Shown in pieces: positions 1 through 13,830 of a stretch of 64,000 bases of DNA. The DNA comes from the human T2T-CHM13v2.0 reference genome, Homo sapiens. Made by a program: the position numbers and the translations under genes. A model generated the notes under the pieces. That model saw only the letters and a list, made by a program, of their open reading frames with translations. It was not told the DNA's origin and did not search any database. Where the stretch lies: assembly GCF_009914755.1 (NCBI RefSeq), contig NC_060936.1, one strand, 5' to 3'. Within the stretch, counting starts at the first letter, position 1; every line of letters starts with the position of its first letter.

Positions 1-379
1 GTAACTGAAGAATCACAAAAGTGAATATGCCCTGCCCCCACCTTAACTGATGACATTCCACCACAAAAGAAGTGTAAATGGCCGGTCCTTGCCTTAACTG
101 ATGACATTACCTTGTGAAAGTCCTTTTCCCGGCTCATCCTGGCTCAAAAAGCACCCCCACTGAGCACCTTGCGACCCCCCACTCCTGCCCGCCAGAGAAC
201 AAACCCCCTTTGACTGTAATTTTCCTTTACCTACCCGAATCCTATAAAACGGCCCCACCCTTATCTCCCTTCGCGGACTCTCTTTTCGGACTCAGCCCGC
301 CTGCACCCAGGTGAAATACACAGCCATGTTGCTCACACAAAGCCTGTTTGGTGGTCTCTTCACACGGACGCACATGAAA
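1..379 (+). mobile_element. HERV-H LTR7, 5'-truncated by the window edge; solo or 3' LTR
   Basis: Matches the LTR7 consensus (aactgatgacattccaccacaaaagaagtg; cctataaaacggccccacc; gtggtctcttcacacggacg). Ends in catgaaa at 379 and is not followed by a tRNA-His primer-binding site. TATA at 243-249. Confidence 0.93.
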
Positions 380-422
380 ACGAGCAAGTGATAGTAGGCA
401 GTAATTATAAATACTATGATGC

Positions 423-741
<319 letters not shown>

Positions 742-1101
742 CTCATGCAATTATTTATTCCTCACTAGAACATAAATTCCTTGAGATTTGGGCTGACCAG
801 CTTTTATTAATTTTTGCATCCATCCCAGTCATTAGCACAGCACCAGGAATACAGAACTCTTTCAAGCAGTGTTAGTTAAATGCTGACTGAGAAGGAGGAA
901 TTGCGATTTTCTTGTGTCTCCTTCGCCACTTGTTTTGTCAGTCTGACCCACTGCCTCCCTGCGGTCAGAGCCTCCACAGTCTCTATCCTGGCCCTTTGCA
1001 ACTGCCTGCCTCTGATTCTGCACACCACAGTGCTGCAGTATCTATGGGCATGCCATATGTATAAGATGTTATTTAGGGACTTGCCTGAAAGAACTCAGTC
1101 G

Positions 1102-1460
<359 letters not shown>

Positions 1461-4400
1461 TCACTCTGAAGTTGGGATGAAACACTACGAAATCCTGCCA
1501 TGCAAATCGCAATACCCTAAACCTCTGTCAAAGTGGCCCTGAAACCCCTGGAGACCTGGCAGGAGGTTCCTTTCTGTTGCCTGGCACTTAGCCGTTCTGA
1601 GTCTGGCTAAACACCAGCAACCCGGAGGCATATAAAAACTGAAAGCCCCAACCCCAGGCCCTAGATGAGAATGCAGTCTCGCCCCTTGGCACTTTCTCCA
1701 TCCCATAAAGCAGAGTGAAATCCTATACGTGGGAAAATGTGGGGCAATTGGCTAAGGTGGCCTCGTTACCCCACCCATCCTTCTTGCTTACTTCTGGTGG
1801 CTTATCCTAGAATCAAGGCCCGAGATTGTCCATAACTCAGGTGGACGTCCGAGCCAGGGGTGACCACAGAGAGCCCCAATCTCCGGCCTTTGCAGCTGTG
1901 CTGGGGAATGCTCCAGGCCAAGGCCCTTGAGCCTGGGAGGGGAGAGCACTGGTTGCAGATGCGAGCTTGCAGGAAGCTTTGATGTTCCGAGCAGGATTGG
2001 GAGGCGTGGGAAGTGAGACTTCTGTTCCCTTGAGCTCCCATGAAGCGAAGCCTTTCCGTTATCTTATAACCCGCAGCATAGCCTAAAGGTGCTGGCTAAA
2101 GTCTGCCTTGGCCCAGAATACATCAGGCCAGAACCAAAGAAATCAAATCAAAGTGGAAAATTAGACACTGTGCAGGGGAAAGCTCTCCTCTCCAAAATAT
2201 ATATGCATCAAACTGTACCCCCGTCTAGCTGGGACAGGAGCCATCAAAATGCAAATGTGGGTTTTGGGAATGCTAATGTTGGAAGTGGAGAACAATACTG
2301 AGACAGACTTCTTGGGGCCAGGGAGAGGGCCCCAGGGCAGGATGTGGGAGCCGAGTTGGGGGCAGGGATGAAAGGGGCAAAGGAAACTGAGAGAGAGACT
2401 GGAGATGAGAGAACAGCAGGAGTCGATTGAGGTTGAAAGGCTGCTGGGGCAGGACTAGGAAAGGGGAGCGCTGAGAGACCGGTCAGAGGACCTGACCGCT
2501 GACCGCTGACCCGAGGCTGCGTGCCCAGGAAAGAGGAGGGGGAGTTCAGGGAAACTTCTCTGAGTGGCAGCCCAGCGGGGAGGAGAGTCAGGACGTGCCT
2601 GGACTCTCAGGCCTGGGCTTAAGGTCAAGGCCTGGAGAAACAGACAGAAAGATGTGTGTTTCCGTAAGAGCAGGGAAGCCAGGAGGTGTGCTCCGCTTTT
2701 GTGCTACTGGCATGTGAGCGAGAGGCCTTGAAGGAAGGGCTTGAGACCCGGGAGCCAGACTGAAGCCAGGGTTGGGTTCAAGGGGGTCTCACTGAGAGCC
2801 GCTTCCCTGGGTTTAATTTTGCTCTTCCTGGGAGGACTGAATACGTCAAAGCAGAGCCTGGCACGGCGTCAATGCTTTATGGATGTTTGTTGTTATCTTT
2901 GTAGATGAAGAAACTGGGGCTCTGAATGGCATATTAACGCGTGCAGCTCCAGACAGCGAGGAAGTGATGGCAACTCTATCCGAACTCAAATCTGCCAGAC
3001 CTATACCAGTAGGTGCCTGTGTGCAGTTGGGGACTCACCTCTGCCAGTGCTGGCATGAGCTAGCTGTCTTGAACTGAAAACAGACACTCAAAGATGGGCT
3101 GTGGGATCCCAGAGAGGTGGCAGAATGGTCAAAGCTATGAAGCCAACAGCTGCTGCCAACAAGAAAGTCCTGAGCCCTGAGTGATTGTAATTTAAACTTA
3201 ATGCTGGGAGTGGGTGTTTATTTTGGAGGAGTGGGCTGCTTATTTTTGGTTTGGGGACTTGTTCATTCATCTTTTCTCAGCGGCGCCTACTGCTGCCCTG
3301 GCCCGAAGTTAAAGCTCAATAAATCACTGTTGCACAACTGAGTGCCCACGCCTAGATTGTAAGTTCCTGGAAGGCAAGGATTTGTGTCCCACACTTGTTT
3401 TGTACCCTCCAGGATCTTGCACAGCACTTGGCGAATGGGTATTGAATGAATTCATTCACTGAAGCGTCTCTCTGGTGCCAGGCCCAGTGCTAAGTGATGG
3501 GAATACACAGATGAATACGATATGGTCCCTGCTCTTGGGTAACTCATTATTCTGGTAAATGAATAAAGGAAAGAAAGAATGAATGGAGACTGTGGGAAGG
3601 GCCAGGCCATTCTGCTAATTGCACTATGAACCGGTGGATAGCAAAGAGATGTGCCCCTCAGAGACCCTACTTTCTCTTGTGTTTTGGCGAGCGGCCGCTG
3701 AGTGGGTCTCAGAACTTTAAACAAACAGTGTCTTTTATAGAAAAGGGGATGCACCCCCTTCTTTCTCCTGCACACACTTCAGGAGTGGAGGTTCCCAGAG
3801 GGATGACTGGGTGCCTGGAGCTCTTCGCATCCTTTCCGCCAAGCTCTCTTGGGACCAAGGACTGCCAGGGGCCATAGGAGGCAGGCCAGGAGACCAGGGA
3901 CTTTTCCCTGGTGTGAAGCTAACTGTCCCTCAGCCAGCACAGTGGGGAGTCACTGTGATTCCTACTGTGGAGAGCCAGCCAGACTGGATTCATGGCTCAG
4001 AGGTACCCACAGCACTCCCTTTTTAGGTGGAGACACCCTCCCTCAGAGTTCAGTAGAGGAGTTCAATGAAAAAACTGGATTTTGTAAGGGTGGGCAGCTT
4101 TGCAAAATATTGAGAAGCACACATTTCTCAGTTATACAAGGCTCATTTCCCACATGGGTGACCTGAAGGAGCAGGTGATGCATCCCCGCTGCACCACAGC
4201 CTGAGGCAGCCACATGGGTGGGGGTGTGTGTGTGCACGCGTGGGTGTGTGTTTGTACCAGGAAACTGAAAGTGAAACAGGCCAGTGACATTTCCAGGGCT
4301 CACATGGAACAATATGCAGAAGGGGGGCAAGATTGGCCCAGGGCCTGCAAGCAGTGATGGACAGGACTGAAATGAAATGGGGCCTCACGCTGGCCACACC

Positions 4401-4839
4401 CTCCCCACCAGCTTTGCCCAGAGTCCACACTGCAGGCTTTGCCCACAGAGTCCATACTGTAGGCTCTGAACCTCCACTGTGGAACCACATGGGGAGCCAC
4501 AGGGACCAGTCCCACGGAAAAGCCAGGACATGCTCCAAAAGATGGCCCAAGGAGGTAAGGACAGAGATGGTGGGTTGAGTCACTGGAAGGGAGAGAAGGC
4601 AGGAAGATACAGACACATGTAGGAGACCTACAGTTCAGTGGATCCGCATCCACGTCCACTCTGCCAGTATTCCAGAATGAAGGAGAGCAAGCACAGCAAG
4701 CACAGACCAGGCCAAGCGTTGGTAGACTTGGAAAAAGCTGGAGTTTACAATGTGGTATGCACGTTTTACTGGGAGAAAATGTGTCAGGGATGAGAAAACT
4801 GAGCTTTGAAGACAGTTCAGTATGGATGAATTCTCTTCA

Positions 4840-5430
4840 ATCTGATGACTTGCTCTTCCCCACTATCATCACTATAATCCAGTTTTCCACCACCTCTGAT
4901 CTCTGAACTTGTCTTCTCACTTCCACTCTTCCTCACCCTCTCCCCACCTAATTCGTGCCCCATGCCTCAGCTAATGATATTTCTAGAGTAAAAACTAGAA
5001 CTTGAAATCCTCATCTTAAAACCTTCCAGTGGATTCCCATTGCTCTTTGGAACTATACCAAAGTCCTCATGTTCTCCGGAGCTCTGCATGATTGGTTTGC
5101 CTCCTCTTTTCCTTTCCTCCTGTCTCTCTCCGGCGTGGGTGGCTTTCTCTGGTTCCTTGAATGCAGGATCCCTCCTGCCACAAGGCTTTAGCACACGAAT
5201 GCACTCACCCATCACTCAGTTCAGTGCATGATTATGTGTGAATGTGTGATTGCTAGATTGGTGGTTGTTTAATTGGGTGGACTGATGGTTACACCAGCCT
5301 TTTCCTTATTGGAGAGTAAGCTTTTTGAGGACAGCAACCACAAGTTTTGTTCCCATTATAGTCCCAGTACTGGAAAGGTGCCTAGTGCACAGCAGATGAC
5401 CAGTAAATATTTGCTGAATAAGTGAGGGAA
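4840..5430. mobile_element. LINE-2 remnant(s)
   Basis: Degenerate L2 3'-end motifs (aaaccttccagtggattcccattg; cagtaaatatttgctgaat). Confidence 0.6.
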
Positions 5431-5713
5431 TTCTTCACTTCATACATTCTTCACTGCTAGAAAGCATTCAGGCCAGATGAGGAGCATGAGGCTTGGAAGG
5501 ACAGTGACTTGCTAGAGGGGCAAGAGGGAATGGGAGGGAATACCTAGGACCCGTAGGGGTGAAGGCAGGCTAGCTTCTGAATCACAGCTGAGGGGATGAT
5601 ACCTAGAAAAGTTTCTTGCCATGCGTAAAGCTTCCCTGCCTTAGCATCTTCCTTTAGAGATAACTATGACTGGCACCCAGATCACATTGGTAATTCAAAG
5701 AAACAGCAGTATA

Positions 5714-6023
<310 letters not shown>

Positions 6024-6054
6024 TAACAGCAGTATACATTTTAAAAGAAATTTA

Positions 6055-6412
<358 letters not shown>

Positions 6413-6974
6413 AGGATGTGTGCGTATATACATATATTCACACACATATGGTAGGTATACATCTATATATACATGTATCTGGTAGGCTAAGCCTACCACA
6501 TATCAGAACAGACACCAAAATAAACAAAATATCAGAAAAGATGACCAAAATTCTTAACTAAATGGACAGTTTGGATACTGCTCCATGGTAGAAAAGGCTG
6601 TACTGTGTAGCTAGTGTTCTGTAGATTCTGGAAAGGAAATCTCTTGTTTACGATTGTGCTGCTTAGCTTATAATAGATACACCATAAATATTTGTTGAAT
6701 GAATAAAGGAATAGAACTTTCATTGGTATGGAAAGAGTCCTGAAGGGCAGGGGCAAAACCACAGCATCTAAAGTGCTAAAGCCATCTGTTCTAGCAATTT
6801 ATTTGCTATTTCTTGGAAGGCCTATTATTTTATAATCCAATTTCCTGACAGAAGTAGAAGCCCATAGGTTCTAACACCTTTGGCTATTTGAACCTAGGTA
6901 AGTTATCTAACCTGTCTCAACTTCCACCACCTTATCTGTTAAATGGGTATGATAATTCTTTACTTACCTGGGGA

Positions 6975-7320
6975 TAATTTAACTGTTCTGATGGGGTACA
7001 AAATAGAAGTGGCCTCTGTCCTTTCTAGTGGAAGAGATAGTAAGCAAATAAAATTAGAAAATTACAGCTTTTAACATAGGCATGATGGAAAACCGCAGGG
7101 TGTCACGTGGGAGTAGCAGTGGGACCTCATTCAGATTGGGGCACAGGGAAGGCTTCACTAGTAAAATGCCATTTATGCGGAGACCTGAAGGATGAGTTAG
7201 GAATTGGCCAAGAGATAGTGAAGGAAACAGCACGCGCAAAGGCCTGAGGCAGGAAAAAGCTGGGGGAGAGGGGCAGTAATTTCAAGCAGCCCAGAAAGAC
7301 CACTGGGATAAAGCTGGATG
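6975..7320. mobile_element. LINE-2 remnant
   Basis: L2 motifs (gggaaggcttcac...gagacctgaaggatgagttagga...gcaaaggcctgaggcagga). Confidence 0.65.
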
Positions 7321-7619
7321 GAGAGGGACAGAGATGCTCAGAGGTACTAAGGTGGGGGAATGACATGATGCCATTTACATGTTGAGAAAAGCACTTGGGC
7401 CGCTGCGTGGAAAATCGTTTGGGGCTGAAGTATAAGAACTGGATCTCGGTTCTTACAAGAACCTGAATCTTAGCGCCAAGGACTCTAATGATCCTGCTCA
7501 AACCTCTCATTTGAAACACGAGAAAAAAACCCCAAAACACCAGAACTACAATTGTGAGAAGCCTTGGCCAGGATCGCACGTTAATCTGGTTGTAATGTAG
7601 CTGTGAACTAGGGTCTCTG

Positions 7620-8880
7620 ACTGCTCTTCCGCGATTTATGAGCCCGTGCCCCCCTCCCCCCGCTGCCTTCTGCAATGGTGGAGTGGCCAGGAGATGACTG
7701 CCGGGCGTCGGAGTTTTGAGGCAGGCGAGGGTGGCTCGCAGGCCAGGCTCCTGCGGTCCGGGGAAGATGCGCAGCAATGCGCCTCCAAGCCGGGCCCAGG
7801 CCGAGCGCCTCTCGCCGCCGCGCACATTCCGGAGGGGGACCGCGGGGCTCAAAGGGCCTGCGGCGTAGGTGGCTCAGCCCTTTCCTTGGCTTTCCCTCCA
7901 GGGCCATACTTGCCGAAACCCACTGCCTGAGCCTCCCGCCCGCCCGCCGCGCCCCCGCCCGGGGCCGGGAAACGAGCAGGGACAACTCCCCGCCCGCGCC
8001 TCCCCGCGCCCGGCGGCCCGGCTAGCAACCCAGAGGCGCGGCGCTGCGATTGGCTGCGCGGGGGAGAAGGGGCGCTGCGCTGCTCCAATCGCCGGCCGCG
8101 CCCGGAGGCCGCGCCGCCAGGAGGCCGCGGACGCGTGCTCGCATGCCTGTGGTATTTGCTCAGAGGGGCATGACCACTTCGGGCAAGCCTTTAAATGTGA
8201 GTCAGCTTTCGGCCGATCCCTGGGAAAAATTCCTTCGGTGTTGTCAGGCAGGGTTCGCTAGCTGCAGCTTTTTTTTTTTTTTTTTAAACAATTCAAAAGG
8301 GATAATCCCGCTGAATGGGGAAAGGCATTCGGACCCCGTCTCCCCGGAGGAGAGGCCGTGGGCAGTGCCGGGGGCCAGGCCTCCCCGACTCCGGGCGGCC
8401 CCGAGGGGCTGGTTTTCTGGAGGGTCAGGGCACCTGCCCTTTCTTCCCTGCGCCCTCTCCCCAACTTCAGCAGGGCACAAAGGGCCGGGGGGCACGTAGA
8501 CCGCGGGGCGAGCAGTGCCCCTGGAGTTGTGCCCGGTCCCGGCCTCCCTTTCTCCCCTCTCTCCGCGCTTCTGCTCCTGGACCCGGCCTGGGGAAGCCGA
8601 GCGGTTCTAGGTCATCTCTCCACCTCCCTAAGCTTCAGTTTCCTCATGGGCGAAGGGGAAGGCGGACAGTAGAGGAAGTGAGCTGGCCTGGGAGTGTGGA
8701 AACTTGGCGTGTTCTCCCAGCTTAGTCTTACTAACGTGCTTGGGCAAGCCCCTTCTGCACTCCCGGCCTCAGTTTCCCCATCTGTAAGATGAGAGAGCCG
8801 GTCTGGAAGAGTCCATGAGTGTAGTGACATCAGGCGATCGCGGTACCCCTTCCTGGGGCCTGTGGGCGCGGGGTGGATAA
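7620..8880. promoter_or_regulatory. CpG island / probable promoter
   Basis: Dense CpG and GC-rich sequence against a CpG-depleted background. GC boxes at ~7935-8010, ATTGG 8049-8053, CCAAT 8085-8089, RFX-like GCTAGCAAC ~8021-8029, donor AAT|GTGAGT at 8196/8197. Confidence 0.9.
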
Positions 8881-9205
8881 AGCCCTGTGACTTGCCCGCC
8901 TGCTCCTGCACAACTCCATAGCTGCTCCCCCAGGCCACCCAGCTTCCCCTCCCAACGTCATCTTAGAGACGCCCAGTAGGCAGGATTGGGAGCACCAAGG
9001 GGAAAGAAGACCAAAAAAGGCCGAGGGCTGAGGGAAGTGAGTTGGGACTGGAGGGGTTTATGTGCAATTTGATTTTAAACGAACATCTTGTGCAGAAGAA
9101 GAGGCAATTTGGCACCTGTTACTGGTGGGTTAATAGCTTAGGCACTCTTGGTAATGGGGATACAATACTGTGAAGACCAGATTAGCCGACTGTGGCAGCA
9201 AATTA

Positions 9206-9641
<436 letters not shown>

Positions 9642-10880
9642 TTAGAGCGCTCTGAATCAAGAGACCATTGGAGCACTGGCTACTTCTGTGTGTGAGAAGT
9701 GTGGTTTGGTAAAAAAGAGCATTGCACTGTGCTGCTAACACAGGGGTGTGACCTTGGGCAAGTCACTTGCCTATTCTCAGTCTCCTTTTCATCTGCAGCA
9801 GGATGAGGGATTAAGCTAATTGACCTCTTAAAGTCCCTTACAACTCTGACACTCCACGATGAAATGGAATAATGTGTGAGTAATTGCTTTGAAAACTGCA
9901 TAGCACTAGGGGTCTTTTTGTTGTTATTTTTATATAGATAAAGGTGACCTGAGAGTTCATTAAACTCTGAAACTGGTTGTAAATCAGGCCATCCACAGCC
10001 TACCAGCTGAGATTGCAACAGGGCATTTTTTGGCGACAGGTTTCTCTGGCCTGTGAATCAGTATTATTTATTCTGTTTGTACTGTCAGTTCCTGCCCTGG
10101 TTTTGTAGCCTGAGGCAGCCACTCTTCGCACTCTGCCTTGGTTTCTCCACCTCACTTGCCTTCTCCAACTTCTTGTGATTCAGATGAATCATGCTATGCC
10201 TTTGCCAAGCTTGGATCTCCTGGAAACAGGACTGCAAATTTGGAGGAAGAAAAACGAGAACCAGATTGGTTTGCCACAACTAACTTTGACCATTCTCCTT
10301 TTTCCTTCTCTGTGATCTTCCAGTTGTATGGGGGGCTCTGGGATGTATGCAGATGGGGAGGGGGAATAGGCTGAAGATTGAGAAAGAAAAAGGCAGGTGC
10401 CAATCATAAAGGAAAGGATTTAAAAATGTATTCCTACCAATTCAGAAATAGGGAAAGACATCTAAACCATCAGGAGGGTCAGATGATCATTATGCACTAT
10501 ACAAAAAAGAGTTCCTAGACTGGAAACCTGGTGCAGAGTTTAGTTCTGCTTGGGCAGGTCAGGGTAGTCTTCAGAAGGGGGTGATACCTGGGATATTTCT
10601 AAGGAGAAAGAGCAGTTTTTCTTGTAGTGAGAAGTGCATCTAGCCTGTGGGTAGGGCCTGAGCAAGGCAGAAAGTGAGACTGTGTAGTGGGGCTTGCGTC
10701 TCCTAGGAAAGGCCAGTCGCCAGGTGTGTTGTGAGCTCAGGTGAAGATGGCAGAACTGGAGCTGGAAGGCAGAGTTATAAATGGTTTTATCTGTCCTCTT
10801 AAGAAATTTGGACTTTATTTTGTAGGAAATGGAGAATAGCTACAGTCTTTTGAATAGGTGGGAGAGATCAGTGGTAGGAA

Positions 10881-11110
10881 CATTGTTTTTCAAACTTCAG
10901 GTTATACAGGGAAATTCAGGTCATGACTGACATTTGAAAAATAGAATGGATGAGAATAGAATGGAATAGAAAAATATGAAAATCTGTGTGTGCTGTAAGT
11001 ATTGGTTCATGAAATGTGTTTGTGTGTGTGTGATTGTGTATGTTCTGAATCATGGTATGAAATATACTTATTATTGTGGGTCCTGGTAACAAAAAAGTCT
11101 GAATCCACTG
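10881..11110. mobile_element. hAT-Charlie-type non-autonomous DNA transposon remnant
   Basis: Degenerate inverted ends (cattgtttttcaaact ... agtctgaatccactg) and internal (GAATA)n. Confidence 0.55.
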
Positions 11111-12032
11111 GAATTCAGACCCTTCATGCTGAATCGAGGGGTATGGATTGGAGGGGGAGGGACAAGAAGTTCTTGCAGGCAGGACAGGTGACTTGCATTC
11201 TGTCCCACTTCAAGCTCTCAAGAAGGAAATTGCTTAACTTTTGAAAAGAGTTAACCGATCTCTTCCAAGTCCTCCTCTGCAGAGGAAAGATGATTATATT
11301 TGCCCTGCAGAGTAATGGAGGAGACTACTAAAGTATTTGGTACCCTGCTTCATTGGTAGGGCGTGTTGCCTAACAGTGCAGATGCTGTGGATCAATAGTT
11401 GGGACTCGGTTCCTTCCCGTCTCTACCACGCATCCACATGGCTGTGGTACAAATCATGATCCTGTGAACTAAAAATGATGCTAGTTTTCCATTTTTCCAG
11501 TGAAACATTTGCAATTCCTATAGCCAGCATTTTGGGATATCATAGCCCATGACTGGTATTCAGGCATCAGTTTAGTGAAGATGGGAGACATCATCCCCAA
11601 AACATGAATAATAGCCTTATATTTAAAGCACTTAAGAAGGCTACTTCATAACCTCCCTCAGTCAGTAATATCAGTGGTCTTAACAGACCTGAGGGTTGGG
11701 GAGCCTTTGGGGATAATGAATTCCCTCCCGATGCAGTCATAGAACATCTCCTATTCTGCTGGTCTCAGAAAAACTGGAGAACAGCTGGCTACCATCTGCC
11801 CTATGACATGCCCATTACTTTAAGACTGTTTCTGGGAGTCAATGTTTGCTTTTTCTCAGGCAGCCTTATATGCAACAAGGGCCCATTTACTTTCCTGAGT
11901 CCAGCCATGTGGAGAATGTTGCTCTCTTGCAGCAATACAGCATGGTCCAACTCGTTTCTTTTTAAGGTGACTGACACTGTGCACATTTGGTTACATGTTG
12001 TACACATCCATGTCCTCTTCCTCTTTCCTTAC

Positions 12033-12085
12033 CCAAACCAGACTCTATGCATTTGGTCCAAACCAGACTCTATGCATTTGGTCCA
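12033..12085. repeat. Perfect 25-bp tandem duplication
   Basis: ccaaaccagactctatgcatttggt occurs twice (12033 and 12058). Confidence 0.95.
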
Positions 12086-12804
12086 GACACCACTTCAGTT
12101 TACATAACTCCAGACACAGTCTCATGGTTGCACCTTCAGGGCAAGCATACCTACATCTCTCTTCAGACTCCATACATGTACATGTTCTTTTTCTGAGTGG
12201 GAACTGTTCAAGTTTCCTTGATCCTGACTGGTTCTTAATCCATAATAACAAGAGCAATGCGCCATGATCTGAATACCACTTTGTGCCAAGCACTTTTAAG
12301 CAAACTTTAAGAGACATTATTAACTGTCTTTTGCAGATAAAGAAATTGAAGCATGGGTATTGTTCATAATTGCACATCTAGTTAATAATCAAGTTGAGTT
12401 GCAAAACGAAGTTTCTTTAGATTGCAGTCTCGTGCTTTGACTCCTGAGATACTCTCCTTTCCCTGATTCTTTTCTGGTAGCCTCCTTCCATGACAGCTAG
12501 GAATGCCTTCTCTTTCTCTTCCCATTTTGTCTTAGCAAAATTATGAATATCCTCTTTAGAGAGAAGGTCTAAGTGGAATCTCGTTTTGCACTGGCACTAT
12601 ACAGAGGAAGCACATCCAAAAGTCATTATGTCTAGACTTCTGCCTCTTGACAGACTTCCCTTGCTGTGAGAGAAAGAACTGCTCTCAGCATAAGATTGAG
12701 GAAGAGACAGAAGGAAAGTGCCCCAAGTCACACAGCTCTGGATCTAAAGATGCTTGAACAGTGAGGCAACCGTGTGCTCCATTGTACCCATCCTACACCC
12801 CTTT

Positions 12805-13109
12805 CTTTTTTTTTTTTTTTTTTTTTTTGAGATGGAGTCTCACTCTGTTGCACAGGCTGGAGTGCAGTGGTGTGATCTCGGCTCACTGCAAGCTCTGCAT
12901 TGAGACATTCTCCTGCCTCAGCCTCCCAAGTAGCTGGGACTACAGGCGCCCGCCACCACGCCCAACTAATTTTTTTTTTTTTTGGTATTTTTAGTAGAGA
13001 CGGAGTTTCAACCATGTTAGCCAAGATGTTCTCGATCTCCTGACCTCGTGATCCTCCCGCCTCGGCCTCTCAAAGTGCTGGGATTACAGGTGAGCCACCG
13101 CGCCCAGCC
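12805..13109 (-). mobile_element. Alu (AluY/Sc-like)
   Basis: Reverse Alu; TSD cacccctttctt; short internal replacement near 12898. Confidence 0.93.
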
Positions 13110-13469
13110 CACCCCTTTCTTTATCATGTATTCATTCCTTATTTACAGCTTTGCCCTCCATCCCTACCTTCCTTTGGTCATCCACTATTGTGTCAGGAAC
13201 ACCAATCAGTCATTCCACAAATAATGAGTATGATCAAAGATCAAACATCTTTGATGTGAATAGCACTTGTCTTGGCTATTATCCAATGTCTGGGCCCTGG
13301 CCATTCTCTATGGCCAGGGATATGATCAGGGCTGGCCAGATGCACAGGGAGGGCACGACATGGGGGAAGTGTACGCATTTACACCTGCCAGGCTGGAAGA
13401 CCATCCTTTTGACCAACATGAGCTCCTACGAGACATAACAAGGCTTTTTTCCCTTTGCTTGGAACGAGG

Positions 13470-13830
13470 AACCATAGAATTTGCTGAGGTGGGGAGGTTC
13501 TAGTGGGTCATCAAATCTAGCCTCTCCCATCTGATGCAAGAATCGGCGTTACAACTTCTCTGACGTTGCTCAACCAGCTTCTCCTTGAACACCCCCAGAT
13601 GTGAGCTAACTTGATCTCCTCACCCCATTTTTTTGGAAAGCTTTATGTGTTAGGCAATTCGTATAATTCTCTGTCAGGCTTGATCTGATTCCCTAATCCA
13701 CCCATGGGTCCCATTTCTACTTCTTGGGATGACATAGAAGAGTTCTAATCCCTCTTCCATGTGATAGCTCTTCAAATATTTGAAGGCAGACGTGATGTCA
13801 TTCTTAGTCTTTTCATGCTGAGGATGCCCA
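13470..13830 (-). mobile_element. L3/CR1 LINE 3' remnant
   Basis: ORF 13674-13880 contains DITSAFKYLKSYHMEEGLELF...RNG, resembling the C-terminus of CR1 ORF2. Confidence 0.7.

Noticed and set aside
7127-8938. Long ORFs (up to 241 aa) over the CpG island
   Set aside because: They overlap in many frames, are Arg/Pro/Gly-rich as expected from stop-codon depletion in GC-rich DNA, and show no recognisable domain.
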